This document shows positions 1 through 11,992 of a stretch of DNA of 52,612 bases, one piece after another. The stretch is taken from contig MU271498.1 of NCBI GenBank assembly GCA_021432655.1, forward strand, positions 1 to 52,612, read 5' to 3'. This DNA is from Atractiella rhizophila (lineage: Eukaryota). Under the pieces are notes generated by a model. That model did no database searches and was not told where the DNA came from. It saw only the letters and a list, made by a program, of their open reading frames with translations. Position 1 is the stretch's first letter. Each line of letters starts with the position of its first letter. Both the position numbers and the translations under genes were made by a program.

Positions 1-1272
1 GAGACAAGTAACATGAACCGACGAACTTGGGCTGTGGTAGTACCAGACGACGCAACCTTGCACAAGGTGTTCAACGGCCTTGTTGTACTTCGCGACCTCA
101 GCATCAACCTTGGGACCCCATGATGGAAGCTGGGTCTTGAGCAGCTCGTACTCCTTCACTCGCTGAGCAACCATATCGGTGAGCATATCCACGGCTGTTT
201 GCAGGTCGACGTCATGTTGAACCATGAGGATGACAACCAGATTCTGATAATCTCCATCTGCCTGCTCCTTGTTGAAAGAACAAAGATCGTTAGGCCAGGT
301 CATGATGTCATTTGTTGCATCCGCCATGGCCAGCATGATCGGATCATCGAAGACATATTCTGGTAAATCGAGGTCGATTGAGTATTCCACAACAGCTTTC
401 ACCAGATCTGAACCGATAGTTGCCCGTCGCATAAGGATGAATTCCTCGACAGAAGGAAACCGCTCGACGCTGCGGTTATGTGACTGCTGTACCTGAGCAC
501 CGGAGTGTTTGAGGTAAGCCTTGATGAAACGATCTATGCATCCCTGTGTTGCTGTTGTCCTCATACGCCGTAAAAGGCTGGGCGCGGCAAAATCTGAGCT
601 TCTAACAAGCAATGCACAAAAATGGAAAATACGAACTGGACAAGCATAGCGGCGTAAGGGTATTCTGGTTCCTCTGCATCGACATCGTACAGAACGCTGC
701 GCTGAATAGCATGTCCTGCAAATAGTAGCCCGTTGTCAGTTTTGTGTTCAAGCTCTAAAACCGGAGGTACTGACCGCTCTCCACTTCGTCCGGGCGACGC
801 TGAAGTTCTCCTTCGTCTGAAAGATCGTCAACCTGTGCCCAAATAAGTTCAATTTTTGGACTACCCGGCATCGAGAGGAACACCGACAGCGAAAGCGTAG
901 AAGAAGAACATTAAGCAGGTTTCAAGGTGTGTTAAGTCGGCATCAGGGAAGCTGAATTCAGCAAAGATGTCGAAACGGCCCTGATGGATGAACTTGTGGG
1001 TCGTCTTGGGATCGTATAGTACGAATCTTTAAGATTTTTCATCAAAAGGTGACAAAGGCAGCCAAGAAAACGAGAGAACGCACTGGGAAAACCACTCTAG
1101 CATCGATTTGTTGGCCTCCTCAATGTCTGGATTGCGTTTGAGCTCAAAGACGCGACCAGTGATGTCGCAAAGGTTCTGTGGAGTGGTCAACACCGCGCTC
1201 AATCGCTCGTTTCGAGGGAGATTGACTGACCTGGAGGATGAAGCTTGGGGGAAATTCAAGAGGGCAGTCCAT
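1..1272 (-). CDS. Class I (sesqui/mono)terpene synthase, multi-exon; 3' end lies beyond the left edge
   Basis: Manual splicing gives MDCPLEFPPSFILQ|NLCDITGRVFELKRNPDIEEANKSMLEWF...FAVDDLSDEGE (DDxxD, ~816-830)...TWPNDLCSFNKEQADGDYQNLV (NSE/DTE, ~263-293)...QGCVVWYYHSP|intron (the RY pair is expected next, off-window). TATAAA on the minus strand at ~1347-1352. Confidence 0.93.
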
Positions 1273-2591
1273 AGCTGAAGAGCAGTGTGGTAGTCTGGAG
1301 AAGTAGGGCAAGGTAAGATGGTGGAAAGCGAATGTCTGACGGGGTCTTTTATAGAACGGGATCCGTCATTTATAACTTCCGCAAACGCGCACATGTGCCT
1401 TATCGACGAGAATTAAGGTTTCGGTCTCGATCCGTTTCTAGTTCGTCAGGTTTTCCTGCGCGATTCCGAGACGTCGCCCCCATCGAAAAAGCACGGGGAG
1501 AATCATCGCGCGATGTCAATCTCAGCCGAGGTGCGATGGCCTGCACCAGTGACATCTCAACTCGGGATTCGTCAAACACGTGCATTTGACCTCGCGCAAA
1601 CTTTCGATCCATCAAACCCGAATGCAGGCGCCGAACGTGAAGCGCTCCCATGTTCTTCAATTAGAAACACTCGCGGCCACAGTGAGTAATTCGTCCCAGA
1701 CGCTGGTAACTTCAAGGAAATTTTGGGTGTCCAGAAAATGTGATGTAACGCGACGCGTTTGATCGTCTGGAAAGGGAGAAGCGTCGTGGATTCAGGTTAC
1801 GTCGGGTCCTGGAGTGCCTGGAGATTTAGCTGCGGGAGCTGAAGAGGTCCAGCTCCCGCATTCTAGACGACACGTAACTCCCACCAATTTCCAGTGCCAG
1901 GTTTAGATATGGGGATACCTCCATCAGCCGCCGCACACCAAAAAAAAAAGTACGAGCGGCAGCTGCTTTGGCTACTGATGCTTGCCAGCTCAATGCTCAA
2001 ATCAGAGATAGCCAATATCGATTGCAGACCGAGCAGAAGCAACGGCCCATGCTGAAGTCTCCTAGCGAGATTTCAATCCTAAACTTCAGAGTCCTTATCG
2101 ACCCTGCTCGATTATCTGGTAACCGGAAAGTCCTGCACACCTTCTACGAAGTCTAGCGTGAGGAGACAGCACGCTCTGCTTCGGTGGCCGAAGGAAGAGG
2201 AACGTGAAAAAGTCTAAAGCTGGCACACCCCATGAAAAATGTCAACTCCTGTCAGTCATATTTACCGTTGGAAAGACTTTGTAGACCAGCTCAGAAAATG
2301 TTAACAGCGGGTATTCGGAACCGACAGACGGAAGCATTTACAACATTGGCTTTAATAAAGAAACCTTAGTGACATTTCCTTAAACGTTAAATTCTGGAGT
2401 CCACATCGAAGCTTGTTGTTTTCGTCAACATTTCTGGTTCCTGTCTTGAAGTTCGAAGTAAATCGCGCTCTCAAGGAGGGGAATGACATCCCCACGCACC
2501 ACGTTGGCCTTCTGCAATAAGATTCTGCAGAAATTTCTTTGAGCGGTTTCCATTGGGGAAGTCAAGTCAGGATCGCGTTGGACAAGCTGTC

Positions 2592-3966
2592 ATGTCGCCT
2601 TACGGTGGCTCTGCTGTCGAGTTACCCACCCCTACTCACCCGCTATACCCTCGTTTTTATACCCTTCCAAAGAACGCGGGATTCATAACTGTCCTTCCTC
2701 TCGTCTATGCGGAGATTCCAGATCATGTCGTGGACCACCTGCATGCTCTCTTCAATGACATTGTCAGAGATGGCAGAACATACCCTCAAGAAGAAGAGCT
2801 GACAAGGCAGCAGTTTGTCGATTATTTCTTGTGTAAGCTTAATTCTTCAATCCTTCCGTTGGGTAGCTCTGTTGACCTAAATTGCGATCAGCTTACAACC
2901 TCTTCGTTGGCTTCTATTCGCCGATCAATCTTTACTTCACGGTTTCACATCCCCCGAGAAGGGATTCCTCGTGCGTCCCTTCACACCCACAGAGAAGATT
3001 CTCAGGCATACTAAATCTGTCACGGCAGCGCAACTGACCCGCTGGATGATGGCGTCCCGCTCGTCACTTCGCCTCCAATTTCACCCGGTTTCCTCTCACA
3101 CTATCTCAATTCCAACGTACCGCTCGAGGAAGTAATTGCAGGGATGTATTGTTAGTTTTTAAGCGACCAAAACAGGAAAAGCCCTAAGCCAGAGGTGTAG
3201 ATATCAAACCAAACTATCCAGGAAGAAGCAGTCACTGCTGCAACGGAGGGTTTATTGTGGACCCCCGTTGGCGTGGTAAAAGGTATATCCAATTTTATTA
3301 CATGATTATTTTACCTGTAGCTGATCGACTGGAAGGGTCGGAATCACCTTAGGGAAGAGTTATCTCTACTTTGCTCCACGATTAGGCTACAAGCACTCAG
3401 TATTCAACCTGGTCTACGTGTCAAATGTTGCGTCCATTCGTGTATGTCGTCTTATTCCCCTCCCTTCCGCATGCTCTTAACTATGGCCTCAGGTTTGGGA
3501 CCAACTCCAGTTCATACCATCTGGAATTATACCTAAAGCTGGCAGGCTGAAAACCGCTGACGGAAAAGGAGAGGAATACGTGGATGCCGTCGTGTACTGG
3601 CGCGAATTTGTCTCTCCGTATTTCGAACCCAAGAGGCAACGGGAGCTCAGTGGAACGACGACGAGTGACGTACTCAACGACAGTGATACGGAAGAAGAAG
3701 TGATATCGGAAAGCGAAGCGGACAGGAGGATGGGGTTGACCGATATGGGTCGGAGGAGAGAGCATTCCGCTGAATCCGATTTAGCAACGAAACTTCAAGG
3801 GCGAAGTATGAATGGACTACCAACTGGTGAAAAGATGGTCAGACGCCAAGGTTTGACTGAGATGGGACGGATCATCAGAGAGACCACTCAACCAGCTGCG
3901 GAGGAGGTGACGAAGATGCAGGCATTGAAGGACATGGGAAGAATTATCAAAAGACTCAGCGTATGA
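2592..3966 (+). CDS. GNAT acetyltransferase, SPT10/MPR1-like, multi-exon
   Basis: Motifs GRTYPQEEEL, YIKPNYPGRSSHCCNGGFIV, LGKSYLYFAPRLGYKHSVFNLVYVSNVASIR, WDQLQF..G.IPKAGRL joined across canonical introns; stop at 3964-3966. Confidence 0.9.
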
Positions 3967-4236
3967 GTTTCTGTGCACTTGTTTCGGAATGGTGGACATT
4001 AATCGGATTGATATCATCACCTGAGATATTGCTTTCTGTCAGCATAACTCAGTGTTTTCTCTTCATCGTAACCTCTCTGTGACCAACAAATGATTTCCTT
4101 CCATCCTTGATCAAAAATTTCATCACTGCAGTACTCGAATCTGTCATTTGTTCAATCGTATGTTGGTGAAAGGAATAGGATGTGGATATGGTCATTCCAA
4201 GATTAAACGCTATGTGGAGTACTTTTGGTCTAGCTC

Positions 4237-6326
4237 CTAAACCCTCCTCTCTGGTTCCAGTCCAAACTTCTCCTCTATCGCTCTCAGCTCTTCGAACTCT
4301 TCTCCCACATTCGCTGGACCTCTCGATTTCCTCAATCCCCTAGCAAGGCGAGCGATGTCCTTCACTTTCTCCGACAATCTGGTATCCTCCAACTGTCCAA
4401 ACTTCTCTTTAAATTCTCCAGCCATGTCCCCAACCTCTGTGTCAGGGAAAGTGATCTCTCTCGCCGCCAACAAATCCTCGTAACCGAAAGTGGGAGCGAT
4501 GAGCCCGAGCTGTTTCATTTGCTCGACCATAAAGTGCTCCGCGAAGGAAACGCCTGGCCGGAGCGTCGAATACGGGTTCTGCGCCGCATCATCGCCCCTG
4601 TCCGATCCTTGCATCACGTCGTCTTCGAAACCTCGAATGCCAGCCCGTCTAGCTTGATCGTACCAGTACATTTCTGCTGCAGGATGATTGGCACGGAAGT
4701 GCCTCCGCCTTCGCCACAGAAAGAGTCAGTTCAGTTCAGGGTTTCCTTGTCCGTGTGATATCAAAGAAAGTTGATACGCACTTGTCAATCTTTTTATTTT
4801 TACCCTCCTCCCCTGCTTTCCCCAGGATCCCAGCGATGAGCTCTATTCCCCTGGTGCTCTCTGCGTTTCCGACGATCGGCCACGTTACGCTCCTTAGGTC
4901 CCCATCCGTATCGACAATGCCAATCGTTGGGATTCCAGCCTGAGTCGCTTCCTTAGCTGCCCAACCCATCGTCTTCAGGGGCCCCATGAGCACGACGAGA
5001 GAAGGCTTAAAGTCCCACGCCGTGAACTTGAACTGCGAGCTCGCCAGCCTCGGTTTGAACGCCAACTCATGCTTTTCCACCTCTCCCTCCGCCAACTTCC
5101 CCAACACCTGCGCTGCGTCTCCTCCTTGACCATCGAACACCTTCTCGATCAGTTGTTTCGTCTTCGCTGGGTCCGTCGCAGCTTGCAGTTCCGCCTGCTT
5201 CTCCGGAGAGAGCATGGCGTCTCGAAGCGCCACGTTGAGTTTCGCAAAGAGGGCAACCCGTTCCCGATCGGTAAACCCGCCGAGTCTGGTCTCAAAGTAC
5301 TCCTTGGTGACGGCGAGCACACGCTTGAAAAGACGGGCCTCCGCCGCTCCCCCATTCTCGTCCGTGAGCGGCTGCTCGTCCTCGATGGGCACCGCGACCT
5401 CTTCCATGAACTCCTTCATCCCTGGGAACGGTCCAGGCCTTCCAAAATCCTCTGCGAGGAACGCTCGAGCGTCCTCTTTCTTCAAATTCGCCGTACGCAA
5501 TCCGCTATGCTCACTCTTTCCCAATACCATGCTTGTGTTGCTTAGACTGCCTCCTATCCACTTAGTGACTGAATATCCAGATCTTCCTAGCTTCTCGGCG
5601 GCATTTCGACAGGCGAGCTCCCTCCTCTTCTGGTCTAACGGATGCAAGCTCTTCCCACTGACAAAGAGGACGAGACCGTCATCTTCCACCACCTCACGCA
5701 CAACCATAGCAGCACGTCGGAGCTGAATGAGCGTTTGGCGGAGGTCGATGTATGGGTATTGACGGTGTCTGATACCGTAAATGGAGGTGTGGGCGAGACG
5801 ATTGGAGAGAGAGGACATGGAGTGTCCAAGGTGGAGTTGGGCCGCAACGAGGTGGGACAGAGTTATGGACTCTGCCGTCTGCGGATTGTGGAGCGACTTC
5901 CGCGACGCATAGGCAGTCTGCTTGCTCTGCGTTGATCCTTCCGGTTCCAGCGCATCCACTTATCCATCCGCAAATTTCATCACCCCTTTCGACTCCAAGG
6001 TAAAAGGCAGGAGCAAAGAACGTACAGACATTCCTATTCCACCTCCGTCCCCTCACAGCCTTCTTCAGCTCCTCCACCTCCTCTTTGATCTGCAAACTCT
6101 CCAACTGCTGTTTCATGAAACCCTCGTCCACCTGCCTTTCCATCTCGCTCTGAATCAAGTGCGGGGCGGCCACTCGCGCCTGGCGCAGCTCAGCGATGGT
6201 CAGGGGCGGCTTAGGCACTTCGTGGCCAGCAGTCGCAACGCTGGAGGTCGACGCCTCAGCCCGACAGCAGGTGGTGATGCTGAAGTCTCGCACGAGGCGT
6301 GGCCGCTTGCATATTCGAGCGTACAT
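4237..6326 (-). CDS. Mitochondrial ribosomal protein uS2m (MRP4-like)
   Basis: Arg-rich presequence MYARICKRPRL; S2 signatures LVAAQLHLGH, IYGIRH..YIDL.QTL..LRRA, KWIGGSLSN, AAKEATQAGIPTIGIVDTD, PIVGN; two introns near 5960-6027 and 4682-4779. Confidence 0.9.
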
Positions 6327-6499
6327 CGTCAGGCCGCCTCGGGTGTTGGAGGAGGGTAGAGCTGGAGCTAGAGAGCGAGAAATATCGCTAGGACGTGGAG
6401 TGCAAGCGAGTAACAAAATTGGAGGACAGCAAACTTTAGTTTGGCATGTCCATGTTCTTAGTTTTAATTTCGTTGTAATCGTAATCTGCTTTCCTTGGT

Positions 6500-9400
6500 A
6501 CTGAAATGAAACCACAAAGGCGATTATGCTGAAGTGTGCATGAAAGCACTCTGACACTCTGACGACAAGCTGGTGAAGTCTCCATGCTTGCACGGACCTC
6601 ATATGGTGGGAGGCGTTGGCATGTGGCTAGTTCACACGCTCCCTCAGGTTTCATCCTGACCGTATGCTCACGGTGAACGTAGACAAGTAAAAGGCAATCA
6701 GGAATTTTTGATGAGGTTTCTAGTGTCTGCACCGACGTTTCATCTTCCTTTCTGACAACCAGCGGGTAACATGTCAAGCCATCATGCCATGAGGCTTCAA
6801 TCCGACAACTTCCCAGTTGTCGCGTACTTACAACCGCTCACAAGAAGGACACTCGGTGCCACAACATGTATCATGACCGTACTCAGCACATAGACTCTGG
6901 CCTCCTTTTTTACGGATGGGGGTTAGTCAACGATATGCCATCGGTGCTATTTTCGATTGACAGTCCACTGCGCAGGGAGTTCATATCGAAAAGGACCGAG
7001 AGTTATCGTGCCCTTTGCCTATTGCGTTCTGATCTCCTGTTTCGGCATATGATAGACCTGCCTGGATCTTGGATTAAAAAAGCCCAGGCGGTCTGCGGCG
7101 ACTGAATGTTATCGTGTCGACGAAGGTCCTTCCTGTATTCTTTGTGGCCGGTTTCAGCTTGACGCATATATTTTTACACTGAAAGAAACCGTATTCAGGG
7201 ATGAGCTTCTTTCTATTGTCGGATGGTGCTCTATCTTCATATGAAGTGCGAACTCGCTTCCCCGAGCTGCGACCTGTCGTGAGAAGCTGACTTAGTGGAA
7301 CTCCGAAGATGAGTTGTGCCTTTGAAGTTAATGGTCTGGGTTGCAGAAAACCATTCAAGACGTGATGGGAACATTAATGGGAAATCCCTAATTGGAGCAT
7401 GCAAGACATGAGAAAATCGTTTTTGACGCGAGGACGGAAGGTTGGCAGAGGCCATGAAGCCTGTTCGGGAGATCGAATCGAAATTGAATGTTGGCAAGCT
7501 CGAAAAATGAAGAGAAGGAGGAGAAGCGGAAGATCGTTCTGAGTTTGTCCATTGTTTAGGCTTCCAAAAAAAAGACGAGCCAGAATTCCCTGTCCGCCAC
7601 TTATGTCCTGGGTTTTCGAAACATTTCCCTTGAATAGAAACTGCCACAGGAACAATGACTATTCTTTGACACAGAAAGGTTTCCAGAGACAGCTTACGCA
7701 CAAGCTCTCACTCGTTTTCCCGCTTTCTGCACCATCTGAGACTTGATAAATGAAAGTGTGTTTCTTTTTACCCACCCGTGTCTGATGCAAAAAGGGTAAT
7801 GCATGTCTCTCGTTCACATCCGACGAAGGAAACTATGACATAAGACCTTATCCAAACGTGGACGAAAGAGAGCTTCCAGAGCACTCCCTGTGGAAGCTTG
7901 ATGCTCTGGTCTCCTCAAGGATGTTATCTTCCTATACTTTGCAAATCTGGTTTATTCCTGGGGCTCACGGGAACGGCCATTGACTAAAAGAAGGATCTCT
8001 ACTCCTCATTATTAAGGAGGACTTTGGTTCGCGATTGAAACAACTGTTGACGATGCTGATACTTCCACAAAGCTGATCATGAGCTGCTGGCAGACTGGAC
8101 GCCGGCGATACCTGATGAAGGTCATCAGCATTTCCTTTCCCCTTTATCTTCAACTGGATGGCTCATCTGTTTTCTTGATGAACTTGACCACGTTACAAAG
8201 GTACAGTCAAAGAAGTTGCAAACGGATATCAATAGACATGTTACACCATAATGCGATTTTAAACGCGGCTTTCCAGGGAGTGACATAAGAAAATACACAA
8301 CAATGAAATATCGTTCCAAAAACCGTCTATTTCAGCGGCAAGAACGTCCGAACTGCTGTGTCGGAGGACTCATTCGCCATCTTGCCGGGACTGATATTCG
8401 GTTTTGCAACAACAGAATCGCTTTGCTCATCGTCCGAGATCAACACTACCTCCTTGTCTTGGTGCTCCGCCTTCGCAGCCAACAGTGGAGCCATCTCTGG
8501 CTTGTTCTCAGCCACTTGCAGTGCTGGAAGCGATTTCGACTTCGGATCCTTGATCACAGGCTGAATTGGTGGATTGGAAGAAGACGACGCAGGATTCTGC
8601 ATCAATGCGGGCGTAAGGGAGGTTTGATGGACAGTTTCCCCCTTGTCGGAGTGAAACAAAGTTTGATAATACCTGTCGCGTTGCTCCCATAGGAACCGGA
8701 TGACCTTGAACGGATCTTGTTGGAATGTGGGAGGAGCTGTCTGTGTCCTCCGTTCGTCCCAAGCCCAAACGTCAATTTTCTCATTTGCCGAAAAGAGGGT
8801 TGGGGGGAAAGACGTCGCCTCGCATATCTTTTCCTAATTCATAGAAACATATCAGTATCAGCATACTCTAGGTAAGAACCGACTCAGGCTGTCGACTCAC
8901 GATTCTTTCGGCTCTCCGAACCTCGTAAAACTCCCAAATCATATCCCCCAACGTGGCAATGAGCATCGAGATCTCGAGCGGCAGATCAATGCCAAGCGGA
9001 CTCCGACAGCCATCGAGGATGAGCTTGCAAAGGATGCCAATCGTCTGCAATATTTTCGCATTCTCCATTTTCAAGAACGCCGTCCGATACTGGTTCGTTA
9101 CGCTGTCTGGTGACTCACTCTGGTACAGTTTCCTCAACTCTTGAAGCTTCGAAGAAACCTGTCGCTGTGGTGATTGTGCTGGAACCAATGTGTTGGCGAC
9201 TTGTTTAGCCATCCAAGGTGTCGCCGTCTCACTCATAGCTTCAGTCGTCGCGCTTGTAGTGGCCGGGGGGAGACCGGGTGCGCCGGAACCAAATCCTGAG
9301 ACGGAGAACTGAGGGAGCCAACTCACATTTCCTGATGGCAAAGATGCAACAATTTGGTTACTCTGTGGAAGGGCTTGTTGGGGGAACGAAGTGAGTGTGG

Positions 9401-11486
9401 CTGTAGGAATACTGGATGTGAGGAAGGCACCCATCGTTGTTGACATCACGGAAGGGACGGTAGGGTTTGATAGATTAGTCGTCGGTGCAACATTGTTCAC
9501 CTGTTGAGCCATGAGAGTTATAAATTGAAGGACATCCGACATATCGACCTGTGCTGTCGGAGGTTTATCGGTAAGGTTGCTGGTAATATTACCACTGGCG
9601 GTTGGTAGGTGAGTTTGAGGCATGGACGGCTGGGCAGAAAGGATCGTTTGAGAGAATGGGGAGTATGAGATGGACTGTTGACCGTGCGATCCCTGATGTT
9701 GCTGACCTGTCGGAGGCAAAGAAGTTCGGAGATTTTGGTGTTGAGATGCCATCCCAGCAGGGAACGGAGGTTGAGAGAATCCTATCCCAGTCGCCTGATC
9801 TCCGCTCGTGGAGATGGTTTGGGCCGTCGATATCGATGGTTGTTGCATCCGACGCAACAGATCGCTGCTTTGCATCTCTGCCAATACATGAGCCTGCTCA
9901 TTTGTCCACCCAGTTTCTTTCAACCTCCAATCGAAAATTGCCTGCCGAGAGGGAGGTACTACTGCAGGTTGCGTGGGAAAGGCTTGGGACGCTTGGGACA
10001 TTAAGAGAGCCGCTTGGGAGGCATAATCTGTAGCAGATGTATTCGTATGTATGGTGTTTGCCATAGAGGCGTTTGGACGTTTTGATTGCACCTGATGGTT
10101 GGGGTTGGAGCTGGCCGGGTTTGAAGGTGCTGGTGGTCGGAAGCCCTGTGGACGGGATACTTGTGCTCGAGGAGGATTAAAGGTTGTTGACAGAGGAAGT
10201 CTGTTCGCGCCTGAAGTCAAGGACGAACCTCCTACATTAGTCACGATCCTAGCGGAGGAGCTGGGGGGAACCACCGAGTAAGGAGTCTGGGTTCGAATCG
10301 GCGGCTGTGATGTGACTACCGGAGGGCCAGCACGAAGCGATGTCGCAGCTCCTCGATGGGCAGATTTGGCGGCCTGAGCTCTAAGAGGTTGCGCACTTTT
10401 CGCAGCGGAAGGAATTGCAGAATTTGATTGGCGCGGCAATGGCTTTTGAGATTTAGATTGTGAGTGAAGAGTGTGAGGAACGTGTGGCCGGTTCGAAAGG
10501 AGAGTGGTTGAAGGATTCGGTTGTTGCTGAAGTACCTGAGATGATACTGACCCAGACACTGCTGCAGTGGTGAGCTCTGGGGCAACACTGTTGTTTGGTT
10601 GGAGCAGGACCGCCCCTACAAGACCGAGATTGGATTCCTTCTCCTTTTCTGCCACCTTCTCCTTCTCCTTCGCTCTGTTCTTAGCGTCCGCAGGGATGCA
10701 TCTCCACCCACCCGGTCTCGACACCAACTTCGTTCCCTCCTTCGCCCTCTTCGCAAGGTAACCTTTGGGAGTTGGGATCGGGTAACGGAGGACGACTGGT
10801 CTTTCGTTCTTCGTCATGGTAGGATATGCATCTGGATTAGGTATGTAAGACTTGTTGCGATCGTCTAAGAGAGACGGAAAGTCGACAGGGGGAGGAATGA
10901 GCCTTGTTCCGACACCGGAAAAATCTACTCCTGCTGGTTCATCTTCTGAAGCGTCCCACTCCCCTCTCTCCCTTCGTAGCTCCTCCTTCAAATTTCGCAT
11001 CACCTCATCGACGGACAACCCTACCCTCTCACTGGTCGTATTCGCGTCTATCGCCCACGCATCCTTCCTCACAACAGTATCCCAAGCAAACCTTTCCTTC
11101 TGCCCATGTTGAAAACCTCTCAATGCTTTCACAAGTCCATTATACGCCTCCAAGAACGTCGTTGCGCTCGTAACCGAGGACGAAGTCGAGACAGAGGAGC
11201 TAGTGGAAGGAGAAGGTTGTGGACGCCGATCGAGGTCGGAGGTTGTCTGCAGAGGCGGAGCTGGAAGCGGTGGGTCTGCCCTCCGCTCTGGGCTTGGAGA
11301 TTTTGAGGACCGTTTCCTCTTCCCCAACGCGCTGGGAGGCTGAACCCCCTCACCCGCAACGCTCGTGCTGGCCGCCAACATGTTCTCCTCCTGCGACACA
11401 AAGCCTTCATTCCCCTGCTAGCTGACTGCATAACAACTTACCAGTTGCGAGTCCGTCTGATCCCCTATCCACAGACTAGATTGCAT
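6500..11486 (-). CDS. Large low-complexity (S/P/Q/T-rich) protein, probably nuclear, with a possible C-terminal PHD-like Zn finger; 3' exon structure unresolved
   Basis: 843-aa open exon 8868-11399 with NLS-like KRKR; upstream mini-exon MQSSLWIGDQTDSQL|gtaagt; further minus-strand exon 8327-8659; exon ~6831-6897 reads SLCAEYGHDTCCGTECPSCER (C-x4-H-x2-C..C-x2-C). The 3' boundary is approximate and the distal exons could belong to a separate gene. Confidence 0.6.
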
Positions 11487-11992
11487 CCAGTACCAATCCT
11501 CCACACTCGGTAATGCCCTACGCGTAAGGATCCTAGGCTGAAATGCTCAAACAATGCTGGGTTCGTAAGGCGGTCACGTGAATTTCCGGCCTTCTTGCCC
11601 CAAACAACTCAAAACATCATCTTAATCTCGATATTCCGATCGGAAAGTTTCGGTTTGCTGAAGCAAGCATCGTTTGAACCTCCTTCATTAGCATTAACTT
11701 AGCTGACTCTGACAGAATGAGCGGAGACTTGAGAGCCTGAGCGGAGACCAGCTTTTCATCAGGCTTTTCATGAACCTCCTTGCTTGCTGATCCGGAAAAG
11801 GCCGGAGAGCAGCTGAGCTCGCCGGAAGAAACCGCCAAAGCCTTTCACGTGCGTCATTACCCCGCGTCCAGCACTCCGGCAATCCAGCTTCAAAAGGACC
11901 ACAGCATCGTCATACCTTTCAATCCCTGCCTTACCGCCTACAACCAGGTCGCCCGACAGAATCGAATCTATACCAGCAAGGATATTACGAAG

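Noticed and set aside
4755..11425. Many long antisense or overlapping ORFs over uS2m and the large gene
   Set aside because: Ser/Leu/Arg-rich shadow frames of the real coding strand.
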